Program-made: the position numbers and the translations under genes
The notes under the pieces: generated by a model
Databases searched by the model: none
What the model saw: only the letters and a program-made list of their open reading frames with translations
What the model was told of the DNA's origin: nothing
NCBI GenBank assembly: GCA_038087875.1
Contig: CM075995.1
Coordinates: 3,660,001 to 3,724,000 of the forward strand
Length of the DNA: 64,000 nt
Origin: Malacoraja senta
Lineage: Eukaryota
Reading direction: 5' to 3'
Shown here: positions 1 through 11,668 of the stretch, one piece after another
Layout of the letters: every line of letters begins with the position of its first letter
Position numbering within the stretch: the stretch's first letter is position 1

Positions 1-114
1 GTATCCTCCCACACTCCAATGGCGCACAGCTTTGTAGGTCAGTGTGGGATAGAATTAGTGTACAGGTGCCCGTTGGGCGGCTTGGACTCAGTAGGCTGAA
101 GGGCCTGTTTCATG

Positions 115-630
115 GAAACATAGAAACATAGAAAATAGTTGCAGGATTAGGCCAATCAGCCCTTCGAGTCAGCACCACCATTCAATATGATCATGGCTGA
201 TCATCCAAAATCAGTACCCCTTTCCTGCTTGTTCCCCATATCCCTTTATTCCATTGATCCTAAGAGCTATATCTAACTCTCTTGAAAACATCCAGTGAAT
301 TGGCCTCTACTGCCTTCTGTGACAGAAATTCCAGAGATTACCAATTCACTGGGTGAAAACGGGTTTCCTCACCTCAGTCCGAAATGGCCTACCCCTTATT
401 CTTCAACTGTGACCCCTGGGCCTGGACTCCCCCAACATCGGGAACATTTTTCCTGCATCTAGCCTGTCCAATCCTTTAATAATTTTATATATTTCTATGA
501 TCCCCTCTCATCCTTCTAAATTCTAGTGACTTTAAGCCCAGTCGATCCATTCTTTCATCATATGTCATTCCCGGAAATTAACCTGGTGAACCTACGCTGC
601 ACTCCCTCAATAATAATAAGTTCCTTCCTC
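115..630 (-). mobile_element. CR1/HER1-type LINE, 3' fragment
   Basis: Reverse strand shows the CR1 ORF2 C-terminal region and the (TTTCTATG)n tail. It is the same family as 2331-3590. Confidence 0.85.
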
Positions 631-1275
631 TGCGCCTTGTTCTTTCATAGTCGTCCTCTGCAATGGTCTAAAGCCAACACGGTGGCTCCATGCCACACCA
701 CATTTGCCTAGCAAACCACTGGGAAAACTTAACGTCAGTGAATTTTACAGTCTAGCTGAGCTCTAAAGTCGACCTATCTGCAGTAAATATCCTGCTGTAA
801 AGTTGTGGGGTGATAAATGTACACCGCTCCAGCTGGTCTGAATGGCTCTGCCTGTGTCTTTGGGGACAAGAGTCTCCTGCTGACAGTAGCATTACTGCAA
901 TTACTATTCATTTTCATAATAACGTGAATCTGGCACATTTACAATAACTCAGAGTCCCATTTCGCTCTTTGATCCAGCCACAGTGGCTAATGGGGACCAA
1001 ATGACACCAGATTTCATTTACCATCATTAGCAAGAGTTTTTTAAGAAAGCTAAATGGAAGATTATCATCAAAAATTCCTGAAGCAGTTTCTCATTTTGAT
1101 GTCCTACAGTACTAGTAGAGATCGCACACCATCTCACCAAGATGGTACAGACTGTGGGGAGAGAAAGGGAGTCTGTAGCATGGACAGGGAATCTCAGTGC
1201 AGCTCTATGAAGCTCTCATATGATTCACTCTGAATGTGGTGGGCGTATGGAAGGAGCTGCCAGAGGATATATTTA

Positions 1276-1800
1276 AAGATAGGCACAAAATTGCTGGAGT
1301 AATTCAGCAGAACAGGCAGCATCTCTGGATAGAAGGAATGGGTGGCGTTTTGGGTCGAGACCCTTCTTCACACTGAGAGTCAGGGGAGAGGGAGACACAG
1401 AGATAAGAAAGTGTAAGGTGTGAGAAGGAGACATCAAAGGGGATGAAGTCCAAGGAAAATGTAGAATAGATAATTGTCAACTAAGAGAAGGTGACAACGA
1501 AGCATACAGAGATAACATTTAATCAGGGGGACTGGTTGGAAAACTAGGAAGGGGGAGGGATGAAGAGAGCAGGGAAGCAAAGGTTAATTGAACTTAGAGA
1601 AGCCAATATTTATAGCGCTGGGATGTAAGCTGCCCAAGTGAAATGCGAGGTGCTGTTCCTCCAATTTGCACTACGAATGGTTAAACTGTTTAGCAACCGG
1701 GAGATGAGGTAGGTTTAGGCGGAGTGAGCAGAGTTTAGTTACTCCAGCATTTTCTGTCTATCTCCGGAGTAAACCAGCCTCTACAGTTTCTTCCTACACA
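1276..1800 (-). mobile_element. Penelope-like element 3' remnant with an inverted terminal piece
   Basis: Minus strand near 1590-1730 reads LPVAKQFN...CKLEEQHLAFHLGSLHPSAINIGFSKF, a PLE C-terminus. A hammerhead-like tail lies near 1345-1372 and an inverted tail copy at 1735-1800. Confidence 0.75.
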
Positions 1801-2180
1801 GAGGAGGTAGATGAGACAGGTATTATAACAACATTTAACGTACTTTTGGACAGGTACATGGATACAAAAGGTTTAGAGAGATATGGGGCAAGGTCATAGA
1901 GTCATAGAGTGATACAGTGTGGAAACAGGCCCTTCAGCCCAACTTGCCCATACCGGCCAACATGTCCCAGCTACACTCGTCCCACCTGCCAGCACTCGTC
2001 CATATCCTGCCAAACCTGTCCTATCCATGTAAATCCTATCCTGCTGGGGCTGGTGTAGATGGGGCATCTGGGTCAGCATGGGCAGGTTGAGCCGATCGGC
2101 CTGTTTCTGTGCAGTATGATTCTATGATTATTGTTTCGTTTAGTTGTTGTAAACGTGACACGTTTATTGTCATGTGTACC

Positions 2181-2318
2181 TTCTTCTTCTTTCGTGTGGC
2201 GTGCATAGCCTAAAGTTGTTGGACAACTTGTTCTATTTGATCTTCCGTCTGTGCACGTCGAGTTGATTGCATTAGTCGAAACAAGGCGGACCACGTAAAG
2301 GTTGCAATCTTCCACCCC
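2181..2318 (-). mobile_element. 138-bp non-autonomous retroposon (Ingi/Vingi-like) with a 5' HDV-like ribozyme, copy 1
   Basis: 12-bp TSD GTCATGTGTACC at 2169-2180 and 2319-2330. It has a (GAA)n tail and is homologous to 22031-22166. Confidence 0.85.
2265..2318 (-). ncRNA. Minimal HDV-like self-cleaving ribozyme motif
   Basis: Minus strand reads GGGGTGG-AA-GATTGCA-ACC-TTTACGT-GGT-CCGCCTT-GTTTCGA-CTAA-TGCAATC. This maps to P1/P2/P3/L3/P3'/P1'/mini-P4/J4-2 (catalytic C)/P2'. Confidence 0.75.
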
Positions 2319-2330
2319 GTCATGTGTACC

Positions 2331-3590
2331 AAGGTTTCGAGGATGTAACTAGTAGAGTGTATAAGGGAGAACCAGTGGATGTGTTATATCTGGACTTTCA
2401 GAAGGCTTTCGACAAAGTCCCACATAAGAGATTAGTATACAACCTTAAAGCACACGGTATTGGGGGTTCAGTATTGATGTGGATAGAGAACTGGCTGGCA
2501 GACAGGAAGCAAAGAGTAGGAGTTAACGGGTCCTTTTCAGAATGGCAGGCAGTGACTAGTGGGGTACCGCAAGGCTCAGTGCTGGGACCCCAGCTATTTA
2601 CAATATATATTAATGATTTGGACGAGGGAATTGAATGCAACATCTCCAAGTTTGAGGATGACACGAAGCTGGTGGGCAGTGTTAGCTGTGAGGAGGATGC
2701 TAGGAGGCTGCAATATGACTTGGATAGGCTGGGTGAGTGGGCAAATGCATGGCAGATGCAGTATAATGTGAATAAATGTGAGGTTATCCACTTTGGTAGC
2801 AAAAACAGGAAAGTAGACTAATACCTGAATGGTGGCCGATTAGGAAAAGGGGAGAGGCAACGAGACCTGGGTGTCATGGTACACCAGTCATTGAAAGTAG
2901 GCATGCAGTTGCAGCAGGCAGTGAAGAAAGCGAATGGTATGTTAGCATTCATAGCAAAAGGATTTGAGTATAGGAGCAGGGAGGTTCTACTGCAGTTGTA
3001 CAGGGTCTTGTTGAGACCACACCTGGAGTATTGCGTACAGTTTTGGTCTCCTAATCTGAGGAAGGACATTCTTGCCATAGAGGGAGTACAGAGAAGGATC
3101 ACCAGACTGATTCCTGGGATGTCAGGACTTTCATATGAAGAAAGACTGGATAGACTTGGCTTGTACTCGCTAGAATTTAGAAGATTGAGGGGGGATCTTA
3201 TAGAAACTTACAACATTTTTAAGGGGTTGGACAGGCTAGATGCAGGAAGACTGTTCCCGATGTTGGGGAAGTCCAGAAGAAGGGGTCACAGTTTAAGGAT
3301 AATGGGGAAATCTTTTAGGACTGAGATGAGAAAAACATTTTTTACACAGAGAGTGGTGAATCTCTGGAATTCTCTGCCACAGAATATAGTTGAGGCCAGT
3401 TCATTGGCTATATTTAAGAGGGAGTTAGATGTGGCCCTTGTGGCTAAAGGGATCAGGGGGTATGGAGAGAAAGCAGGTACAGGATACTGAGTTGGATGAT
3501 CAGCCATGATCATATTGGATGGTGGTGCAGGCTCGAAGGGCCGAATAGCCTACTCCTGCACCTATTTTCTATGTTTCTATGTTTCTATGT
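2331..3590 (+). mobile_element. CR1/HER1 LINE, 5'-truncated, RT domain with an in-frame stop
   Basis: ORFs 2324-2821 and 2876-3490 contain [28 protein letters not shown](E)DDTK and the CR1 C-terminus, followed by a (TTTCTATG)n tail. Confidence 0.95.
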
Positions 3591-3989
3591 ACAGTGAAAT
3601 TTAACGAGCCATTTACAGTGCATAGATACATGATAAGGGAATAACGTTTAGTACAAGGTAAAGCCAGCAAAGTCCGATCAAGAATAGTCCGAGGGTCACC
3701 AAAGAGGTAGACAGTGGTTCAGCCCTGCTCTCTGGTTGTGGTAGGATAATTCAGTTGCCTGATAACAGCTGGAAATAAACTGTCCCTGAATCTGGAGACG
3801 TGCGTTTTCACACCTCTATGAATGTATATCAGTTGTCCTAGAGTCAAGTGTTCAAGGTGAGAGATTTACAGAGGTTTCTGAGTGTTCTAATGCATGATTC
3901 ACAGAAGACTGGTATCACAAGTACTTGAGGATGTTACCAGTTTTTATTGTTTATGGAAGTGGGGACTGAATTTTTTTTTTTAAATGGAG

Positions 3990-4795
3990 ATTCTGGGCAG
4001 CTTGCAACTCAAACGTATGAATATTGATTTCTCTAACTTCAAGTGCATCCCCTCACTCTCCGTCCCTCCCCCACCCTAGGCATCATGCTAGTGTTACTGT
4101 CATCCCGCTAAGTGTTTGTATCACTTGTTATCACCTTCTCCACAGCCGTCAATGGATCATTACCTTTCCTTGATCATCGTTGCTGGCTTTGATTTATCCT
4201 TTTGGATATCTTTCATTCATTTGTTCTATGTACCTTTTCATATCTCTCATTTACCTCTTCCTTGACTCTTAGTCTGAAGAAGGGTCTCGACCCTAATCAT
4301 CACCTATTCATTTTCTCCAGAAATGCTGCCTAACCCGCTGAGTTATTCCAGTTTTTCTGTCTATCTAGAAGCGTAGAAACATTGAATATAGGCGCAGGAG
4401 GAGGCCATTCTGCTCTTTGGCACTTCAAGCGAGCACCCCCATTCAACATCACCATGGCTGATAATCCAAAATCAGTACCCCGTTCCTGCTCCGTCCCTCC
4501 CCCACCCAAGTCATTGCACTAGTTTCAAAGTTGTCTTGTTGAGTCTCATTGTCTGTATCTCATTTTCACCTCACCCACAGCTCACACTGGCCTGTTTCCT
4601 TCATCATTGTTACTTTTTTACATATCTTTCGTTCATTCGTTCTATATCTCCCTATATCGCCGTCTATATCTCTCGTCTCCCTTTCCCCTGACTCTCAGTC
4701 TGAAGAAGGGTCTCAACCTGAAACGTCACCTATTCCTTTTCTCCAGGGATGCTGTCTGACCCACTGAGTTACTCCAGATTTTTGTGTCTGTCTTT
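3990..4795 (+). mobile_element. Two tandem Penelope-like 3' tails separated by a CR1 tail fragment
   Basis: Repeated unit ending CTGAAGAAGGGTCTC(G/A)ACC...CACC...GATGCTG...GAGTTACTCCAG at about 4274 and 4700. A minus-strand CR1 tail lies at about 4370-4490. Confidence 0.7.
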
Positions 4796-5119
4796 GGATG
4801 TTTCTTTTAATTGGAGATTTGAGAATTTTGAGACGTTATTCAGAAATAAGGGGTGAGGCCTTGAAATCATCGATGAAGCATTTATTTTTTCTGAGCTGGT
4901 TGTGAGTCCTTGGATCTCTCTTCTTCAAACAATGGTGGAAGCAGACCATTTGCTAAGGCAGAGTTAGACAGATTCCTGAGATGTAAAAAGATGAAAGAAC
5001 AGTGAAGATGGGAATACAGAGATAAGGTTAAAAAGTCAGAATTGGATAGAGAATCTAATTCCTGCTTCTTATGCATTTGTTCATACTTACGTACAGGGAG
5101 CTGTGCGTAAGGTGCAAAT

Positions 5120-6650
5120 TGAATCAAGAGTTAATATTGGAATGTCGCAAAGGTAATGCCACTGTGGTTATGGGAGATTTCAAGATGCAGGTAGACTGTG
5201 TAAATCAGGTTGGTACTGGACCCCAAGAAAGGGAGTTTGTGGAGTGCCTCCAAGATGGATTCTTAGAGCAGCTCGTACTGGAGCCTACCAGGGAGAAGGC
5301 AATTCTGGATTTAGTGTTGTGTAATGAACCAGATTTGATAAGGGAACTCAAGGTAAAGGAGCCATTAGGGGGTAGTGACCATAATATGATAAGTTTTAAT
5401 CTACAATTTGAGAGGGAGAAGGGAAAATCGGAAGGGTCAGTATTACAGTTGGGCAAAGGGGAGTATGGAGGCACGAGGGAGGAGCTGGCCAAAGTTGACT
5501 GGAAAGAGACTCTAGCAGGGGTGACAGTGGAACAACAATGGCAGGTATTTCTGGGAATAATACAGAAGGTGCAGGATCAGTTCATTCCAATGAGGAAGAA
5601 AGATTCTTAGGGGTGTAAGAGGCAACCATGGCTGACAAGGGAAGTCAAGAACAGTATAAAAAATAATAGAGAATAAGTATAACAAAGCAAAGATGAGCGG
5701 GAAGCCAGAGGATTGGGAAACTTTTAAAGAGCAACAAAAGATAACTAAGAAGGCAATACGGGGAGAAAAGATGAGGTACATGTGTGAAGAGGAAAAAAAT
5801 AGTTAAGACAAATGTGAGTCCCTTGAAGACAGAAACAGAAACATGTATTGTGGGGTAACAAGGAAATGGCAGACGAGTTGAACAGGAACTTTGGATCTGA
5901 CTTCACTTCTAAGGAAGACACAATCTCCCAGATGTACTAGTGGCCAGAGGACCTAGGGTGACGGAGGAACTCAGGGAAATTCACATTAGGCAGGAAATAG
6001 TGTTGGGTAGACTGATGGGACTGAAAGTTGACAAATCCCCAGGGCCTGATAGTCTGCATCCCAGGATACTTAAGGAGGTGGCACTAGAAATCGTGGACGC
6101 ATTGATGATCATTTTCCAATGTTCTATAGATTCAGGATCAGTTCCTGTGGATTGGAGGGTAGCTAATGTTATCCCACTTTTTAAGAAAGGAGGGAGAGAA
6201 AACAGGGAATTATAGACCAGTTAGCCTGACATCGGTGGTGGGGAAGATGCAAGAGTCAATAATAAAAGATGAAATAGCGGCACATTTAAATAACAGTAAC
6301 AGGATCGGTCCGATTCAGCATGGATTTACGAAGGGGAAATCGTGCTTGACTAATCTTCTGGAATTATTTGAGGATGTAACTGGGAAAATGGACAAGGGAG
6401 AGCCAGTGATGTCGTGTACCTGGACTTTCAGAAAGCCTTTGATAAACCACATTAGTGGGCAAAGTTAGGGCACATGGTATTTGGGGTAGGGAATAGACAA
6501 GGATAGAGAATTGGTTGGCAGACAGGAAACAAAGAGTAGGGATTAATTGGTCCTTTTCAGAATTGTAGGCAGTGACGAGTGGGGTGCCGCAAGGCTCGGT
6601 GCTGGGACCGCAGCTATTTACAATATACATTAATGATTTAGATGCAAGGA
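5120..6650 (+). mobile_element. CR1 LINE ORF2 (endonuclease C-part to RT), left arm, interrupted by DIRS copy 1
   Basis: Motifs [50 protein letters not shown] and INDLD, with frameshifts. Confidence 0.95.
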
Positions 6651-8179
6651 TTTTACTTCGGAGTCACGTGAGTGATTCCGTGAAGAACCCGGCAGTCCGC
6701 ATGCGTGTCATTACGACTGACGCATGGCGCAACGACCGGCTGGCAGGCACGTTGCTCCTCCCAGCGGGAAGTTTAAACCTGCAGGTAAGTTTTAAACTTA
6801 TTTCCAGGTTCTGTTTTTTCTTGCAAGAAACTCTTCTTACAGAGTTCTTCCTGCTGGATGATTTCGGGGCGAAGTCCGGACGGGCCGCGCGGAAACCGGT
6901 TATGGACCGTGGGGAATCCTGGTCCGGTCCACGGGTAGCCGGCGGCCGTCGGGTTCGCTACCTAAGTCACTAACAATGGGGTCAGCGGCTCCCAGACCGC
7001 AGTGGTTCCCCAGAACGGGGGTAAAGCCAAGGGTAAGTCGGTCTCGCCACCCGAGTCGCTGACAATGGGGTCAGCGGCTCCCAGACCGCTATGGTGCCCC
7101 AGAAAAGGGGTAAAACCAGGAGTAAGTCGGTCAGGCCTTTGGACTCGGACGAGTCGAGCCAGGAGGCTTCCCTCCTTCAATGGATAGCGTCTGCGGACAT
7201 CTAAACCCACATGGACCACCTGATGGAGAAGTTGCTCCACAATGATATACTCCAAAGGAGGGAGTTATCAGCGCGGGTCTCCTCAGGGCCCGCGGCAGCG
7301 GCACCTGTTTCAGGGCTGCACAATGTCTCCCTCTCTGAGGAGGGGAGCATTAGGGGTCAGTTCCTGTCTGACTCAGAGCAAAAATCCTGATATAGGTCCG
7401 TAGGAGGGGCCATAACAGCGCAGATATCCTCAGGGGCCTGCGGCAGCACCTGTTTCAGGGCTGGCTACGAATCTCACTCTCAGTGGAGGGGAGTGCGAGT
7501 GGTCAGTGTGTAACTGACTTCAAATTCAAAAGTATGTCCGCGGAACATACTGGAGCACATGCATATGGCTCCAAGGAAATACTCGCAAATGAAGGGGTTA
7601 CTGCCGGAAGAGTTGGTTATAGCCGTTGGCAGAAAACCCGGAAGGGGCCAGAGTTCCCCTCATGCTACAAGTGCCATTGGAGGCATGAAATCCAGGAAAT
7701 GAAACCAGCCGCCGAATCTTCTCTTCAGGTAAGACTTATCCAACAGGTATACTGGATGAGGAAGCAAAAGCTGTCGGCCTAATCAAGGTACACCCCACGC
7801 CTCATTGGCAGTAAGCAGTTCACTGAAGCTGGTGGCAGCTTGAAAGCTGGGCAGAGGTCTTTCAGGCCAAGGTCCAAGCCGGCCTCAGGAAATATGGAAT
7901 CCACACATCCTACCAGTCCTACTCTCCAATCAAGGACGGGAATAGAACCCACATCAGGGGCCTTTGGGCTTACCATAAGACCACCGGTAACCATGGAGGT
8001 AGGTGGGTCTAGTTCTTCCGAAACATGTGGTATGTGGACCATTTACAAGTTGCTAATATTTACACTTGTTTTTTGTAATGTTAACATGAGATTCAGATCC
8101 GTTTATAAACCAAAATGATAACATGTGATTGGTTTATTTTGCACAGTATACAAGGGTTCCAAGCATGGCTTGGAATTGG

Positions 8180-8431
8180 GGCCAGAGTTGTCTTTCAAGG
8201 CAGGCTCAGTATTACGGCCAGGATTGCCTTCCGAGACAAGCTCGGAAATATGGCCAGAGTTGTCTTTCGAGGCAGGCTCAGAATTATGGCCGGAGTTGTA
8301 GTTCAAGGCAGGCCCAGTATTATGGCCAGAGTTGTCTTTCGAGGCAGGCTCAGTATTATGGCCAGAATTACCTTTCGAGACAGGCTCGGGAATCTGGTCA
8401 GAGTTGTCGTTCGAGGCAGGCACGGAATTAT
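8180..8431 (+). repeat. 36-bp minisatellite, 7 copies, inside the DIRS RT N-terminal region
   Basis: Unit is approximately GGCCAGAGTTGTCTTTCGAGGCAGGCTCAGTATTAT, with an exact 36-bp period and no spacers. Confidence 0.95.
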
Positions 8432-8458
8432 GGCAGGCGTGGCCTGTTCATTGTGAAC

Positions 8459-9960
8459 GATGGAGGATGTCGGTTCATCCTTGATTTAACTTTCATGTGC
8501 AACATAGATGTTTCAGAATATGGAACTTCGTTACTGTTAAACAACTGATTTCCATTCTCAGGGATCACCGGAGACATTTGAAATTTATCTGGATGCAACA
8601 ATGATAACAGTTAAAGGGTTGCAAAATGGGCTAACTTCAGCTCCCAGGTTATTTACCAAATTACTAAACGGTGCTTGGACTGCCAAAAGCTCAAAAACAC
8701 TTGTTCTGGCTTAACTGGATGATATTCTAAACGCTGTATTTTGCTAAAATCAACTGTTTCAGCCGCAAACTATAATTGAGAAATTGAGGTTCCTCATCCA
8801 TCCAGTTAAATTTAAGTTGATACCAACTAGCGTTATTGATTATTGGGATTTACCTTTAATTATTAATTTGTCTGTGACTCCACCCTGGGGCAAGAGATTG
8901 GAAACAATAGAAGCCTGTATGAAGCAGCCTTCTATTCATCAAGTGTAATTGGCAATTAGCAGCTGTGTTTCAGCAGTGCAAATTGGATCACCAATGTAAA
9001 GCACTTTGGCCAACGAGAGTTGTTTTTTAAATGTGCTATATAAATAAAAGTGACTTGACTTGACTAGATAGCTTGAAAATCTGCAAAAACCTGCAATGTT
9101 AACCATTTTTCTTTTCAAAAACCTTTGCATTATCAGAACTTACAACGTGCAAAGTAGTAACCTCACAGGTGCCATGTAGGTCATTGTTAACAGACCTATG
9201 CTATTAGCAGCTGAAGCTACCAAAGTCACAATGGTGGACGACCAGTATTCAGCATTGCTCCAGTAGGTTTTGGTCACTAAATCTTCAGTTATATTACAAA
9301 CTGATGCTAGTGCTCAAAGATGGAAAATTACGAATGCCATCTCTAGTCACGGAGGCAGATGGGATTTGCATGAGTTACCAATTCCTCAGTTATTGTTATC
9401 AACTACCTATAGACACTATGTGCATTCTATGGGTTAAAGGGTTATTGTGCAAATATGCATAATTTGCATGCTCAATTCCAAGTTGATACACTGCGGTGGT
9501 GGCAAGTCAAAGTATCCTGTCATATTTACCTAACCTCATTTGGCGCTGGTGTATCATCACGTAAAATCAATAACAACACAGAATGGATGTTGGATCACAA
9601 AGTATTTTTTGACATTATGGCTCGATGGAACACCAAATATCGATATGTTTGTATCCAGGCTCATTCACCGGTTGCAAAAATATGTGGTTCACAGTGACGA
9701 GAGATACATTCTCGCTACACGGGGAGGAATGTTCTTTTATGTCTTTTCTCCATTTTGCCTCATCAGTTAGGTCTTGCAATAAATTCAGCAAGTTCCGCTT
9801 CAGGGTTTTCGTACTGTCTGACTGGCCTATGCAGCCATGGTTCCTGCTTATGTTGGGAATATAATAGAACCTTATATGGTTATTCTAAACATAAAACTTT
9901 GCTGGATCAGCCTGTGACTCAGGAAACCAGCCCCTGCATGATAAAATCAATTCATTAGCT
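8459..9960 (+). pseudogene. DIRS RT / RNase H / methyltransferase-like ORF remnants
   Basis: DGGCRFILDL, NGLTSAPRLFTKL, LA*LDDIL (YLDD disrupted), LQTDASAQRW, PNIDMFVSR, FYVFSPFCLI and DWPMQPWF. Many stops and frameshifts. Confidence 0.88.
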
Positions 9961-10039
9961 TGCAGACTCTGAGAAGACTGCTCCTGCGGTTCGGATTGTC
10001 AGACCGATCCATGTATGTGCTCACTGCAGAGTGCAGGGA

Positions 10040-10930
10040 TAGCACCAAAAAATCAGTACATTTCCTCTTCAGGAGATTTATTTAACATATAAATACTATG
10101 TTACATATACTACGGCACGGATTACTGATGTCTTCTAGTTCATTTCAAATAGGTCCTTGACAATAAATTAAGTTATAAAGCCATTAACTATGCCCAACGT
10201 GCCTTCTCATCATATTTGCTGCAGCGAGCGGGACCCACTCTGTCGGGTCTCACCCTCTGATATCCAGTTTATAAAGGATATCTTTAATACAAGTTCTCCC
10301 AGGGCAAAGCACACGGAAGTATGGGATATTGACATTGTGTTAACACTACTTCACCAGGGGGCTCCAGCTACATCCTTATCTTTAGCCGGCTCTCATAAGG
10401 TAGTTATCCTCAGGGCGCTGGTCTCAGCGCAACGGGTCCAGTCACTACATAAATTGCAACTGGACAGGATGGTTACACCTGCAAATAATATATATTTTAC
10501 GTTTATGATTTAGTTAAGTAGAGCAGCCCAGGGGCGTCAGGTCTCAAACTGGTTCTCATGGCATACCCCATGGACCTTCGGTTATGTGTTGTCACACATT
10601 TACAACAATATGTCATGGTCACCTAGAGCCTTAGAGGCTCTGATACTAGCAATATTTGTTAGTTACGAAAAAACTCATAAGAAGGTATCAGTTCAGACCA
10701 TCTCCAGGTGGTTAAAACGGGGTTTTGGCTTATGCAGGAGTAGATACTAATATCTTCTAATCTCACTCCACCAGGGCTGCTACAACATCAGCAGCAAGGG
10801 TTATGTACGTTCCGCTGGACCACATCCTAGCGACTGCATGATGGTCTAACGAACAAGCTTTCCAAACATTTTATAATAACCCATAGCCAGACCGGGGGTA
10901 TTTGCCAACTCTATTTTAGTTTCTATTTTA
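10040..10930 (+). pseudogene. DIRS tyrosine recombinase remnant
   Basis: VWDIDIVL, VSAQRVQSLHKL (catalytic R), QTISRWLK, HSTRAATTSAA, W-SNEQAFQTFY (catalytic Y). Confidence 0.9.
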
Positions 10931-11441
10931 TAGTTTCTCCCAGATGAGAGGGGTTACTATTATTATTATTTGTTCATTAAATAGCATCAGCATGTTTTAA
11001 ATCCATGTCATGTCTGTATGCATTATCGATGTTTCCCTTATCTGTGGTCAACTGATGCTGTTGTGTTTGTGTGGACTTTTCCGGGGCATGAAATCACAGA
11101 GCTTTGAAATCTTCACGGAATCACTCACGTGACTCCGAAGTAAAATAGTAAGATTAAATGAGAACTTACCAGTTTGAAGTTTGATCTTTATTTTATGAGG
11201 AGTTGCAATGAGCGATTGCATGCCCTCCGCTCCCAACCTTCGTATCATAAAGGTCATCTGGTAGTTCTAGTCTTCTCTAATCTTACAATGTCACTTCAAC
11301 TAGTTATCTGTGATTTCACACCGCTGCTTTGAAGATTGACGCGCATGCGGACTGGCGGGCTCTTCACATAATCGCTCATCGTAACTCCTCATAAAATAAA
11401 GATCAAACTTCAAACTGGTAAGTTCTCATTTAATCTTACTA

Positions 11442-11576
11442 TTAAAAGTAACATTAGCAAATTTGCAGATGACTCAAAGCTGGGTGGCAGTGAACTGTGA
11501 GAACATTCTTGCTATTGAAGGAGTGCAGCGTAGGTTCACGAGGTTAATTCCCGGGATGGTGGGACTGCCATATGGT
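11442..11576 (+). mobile_element. CR1 right arm, continuing 5120-6650, internally deleted
   Basis: Reads KSNISKFADDSKLGGS, then jumps to ILAIEGVQRRFTRLIPGM. Confidence 0.85.
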
Positions 11577-11577
11577 T

Positions 11578-11668
11578 AAACATAGAAAATAGGTGCAGGA
11601 GGAGGCCATTTGGCCCTTCGAGCCTGCACTGCCATTCATTGTGTTCATGGCTGATCATCCGCAATTGG
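11578..11668 (-). mobile_element. CR1 3' tail at the 3' end of the Keno-U2 chimera
   Basis: Reverse complement of the CR1 3' UTR, ending CACCTATTTTCTATG. Confidence 0.8.

Larger units (their letters stand above)
6651..11441 (+). mobile_element. DIRS1-type tyrosine-recombinase retrotransposon, copy 1 (full-length, decayed)
   Basis: ITRs at 6680-6710 and 11337-11367. The ICR at about 11110-11217 is complementary to both termini. Decayed gag, RT, RNase H, MT and YR motifs occur in order. CR1 codons resume exactly across the insertion (DAR|IKSNISKFADD). Confidence 0.95.

Noticed and set aside
8180..8431. 36-bp periodic array as a CRISPR array
   Set aside because: The units are contiguous with no unique spacers, there are no cas genes, and the context is a eukaryotic retrotransposon.
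9580..10930. Phage integrase plus DNA methyltransferase suggesting a prophage or bacterial contamination
   Set aside because: These are the normal MT and YR domains of DIRS1 elements, bounded by DIRS termini inside vertebrate repeats.
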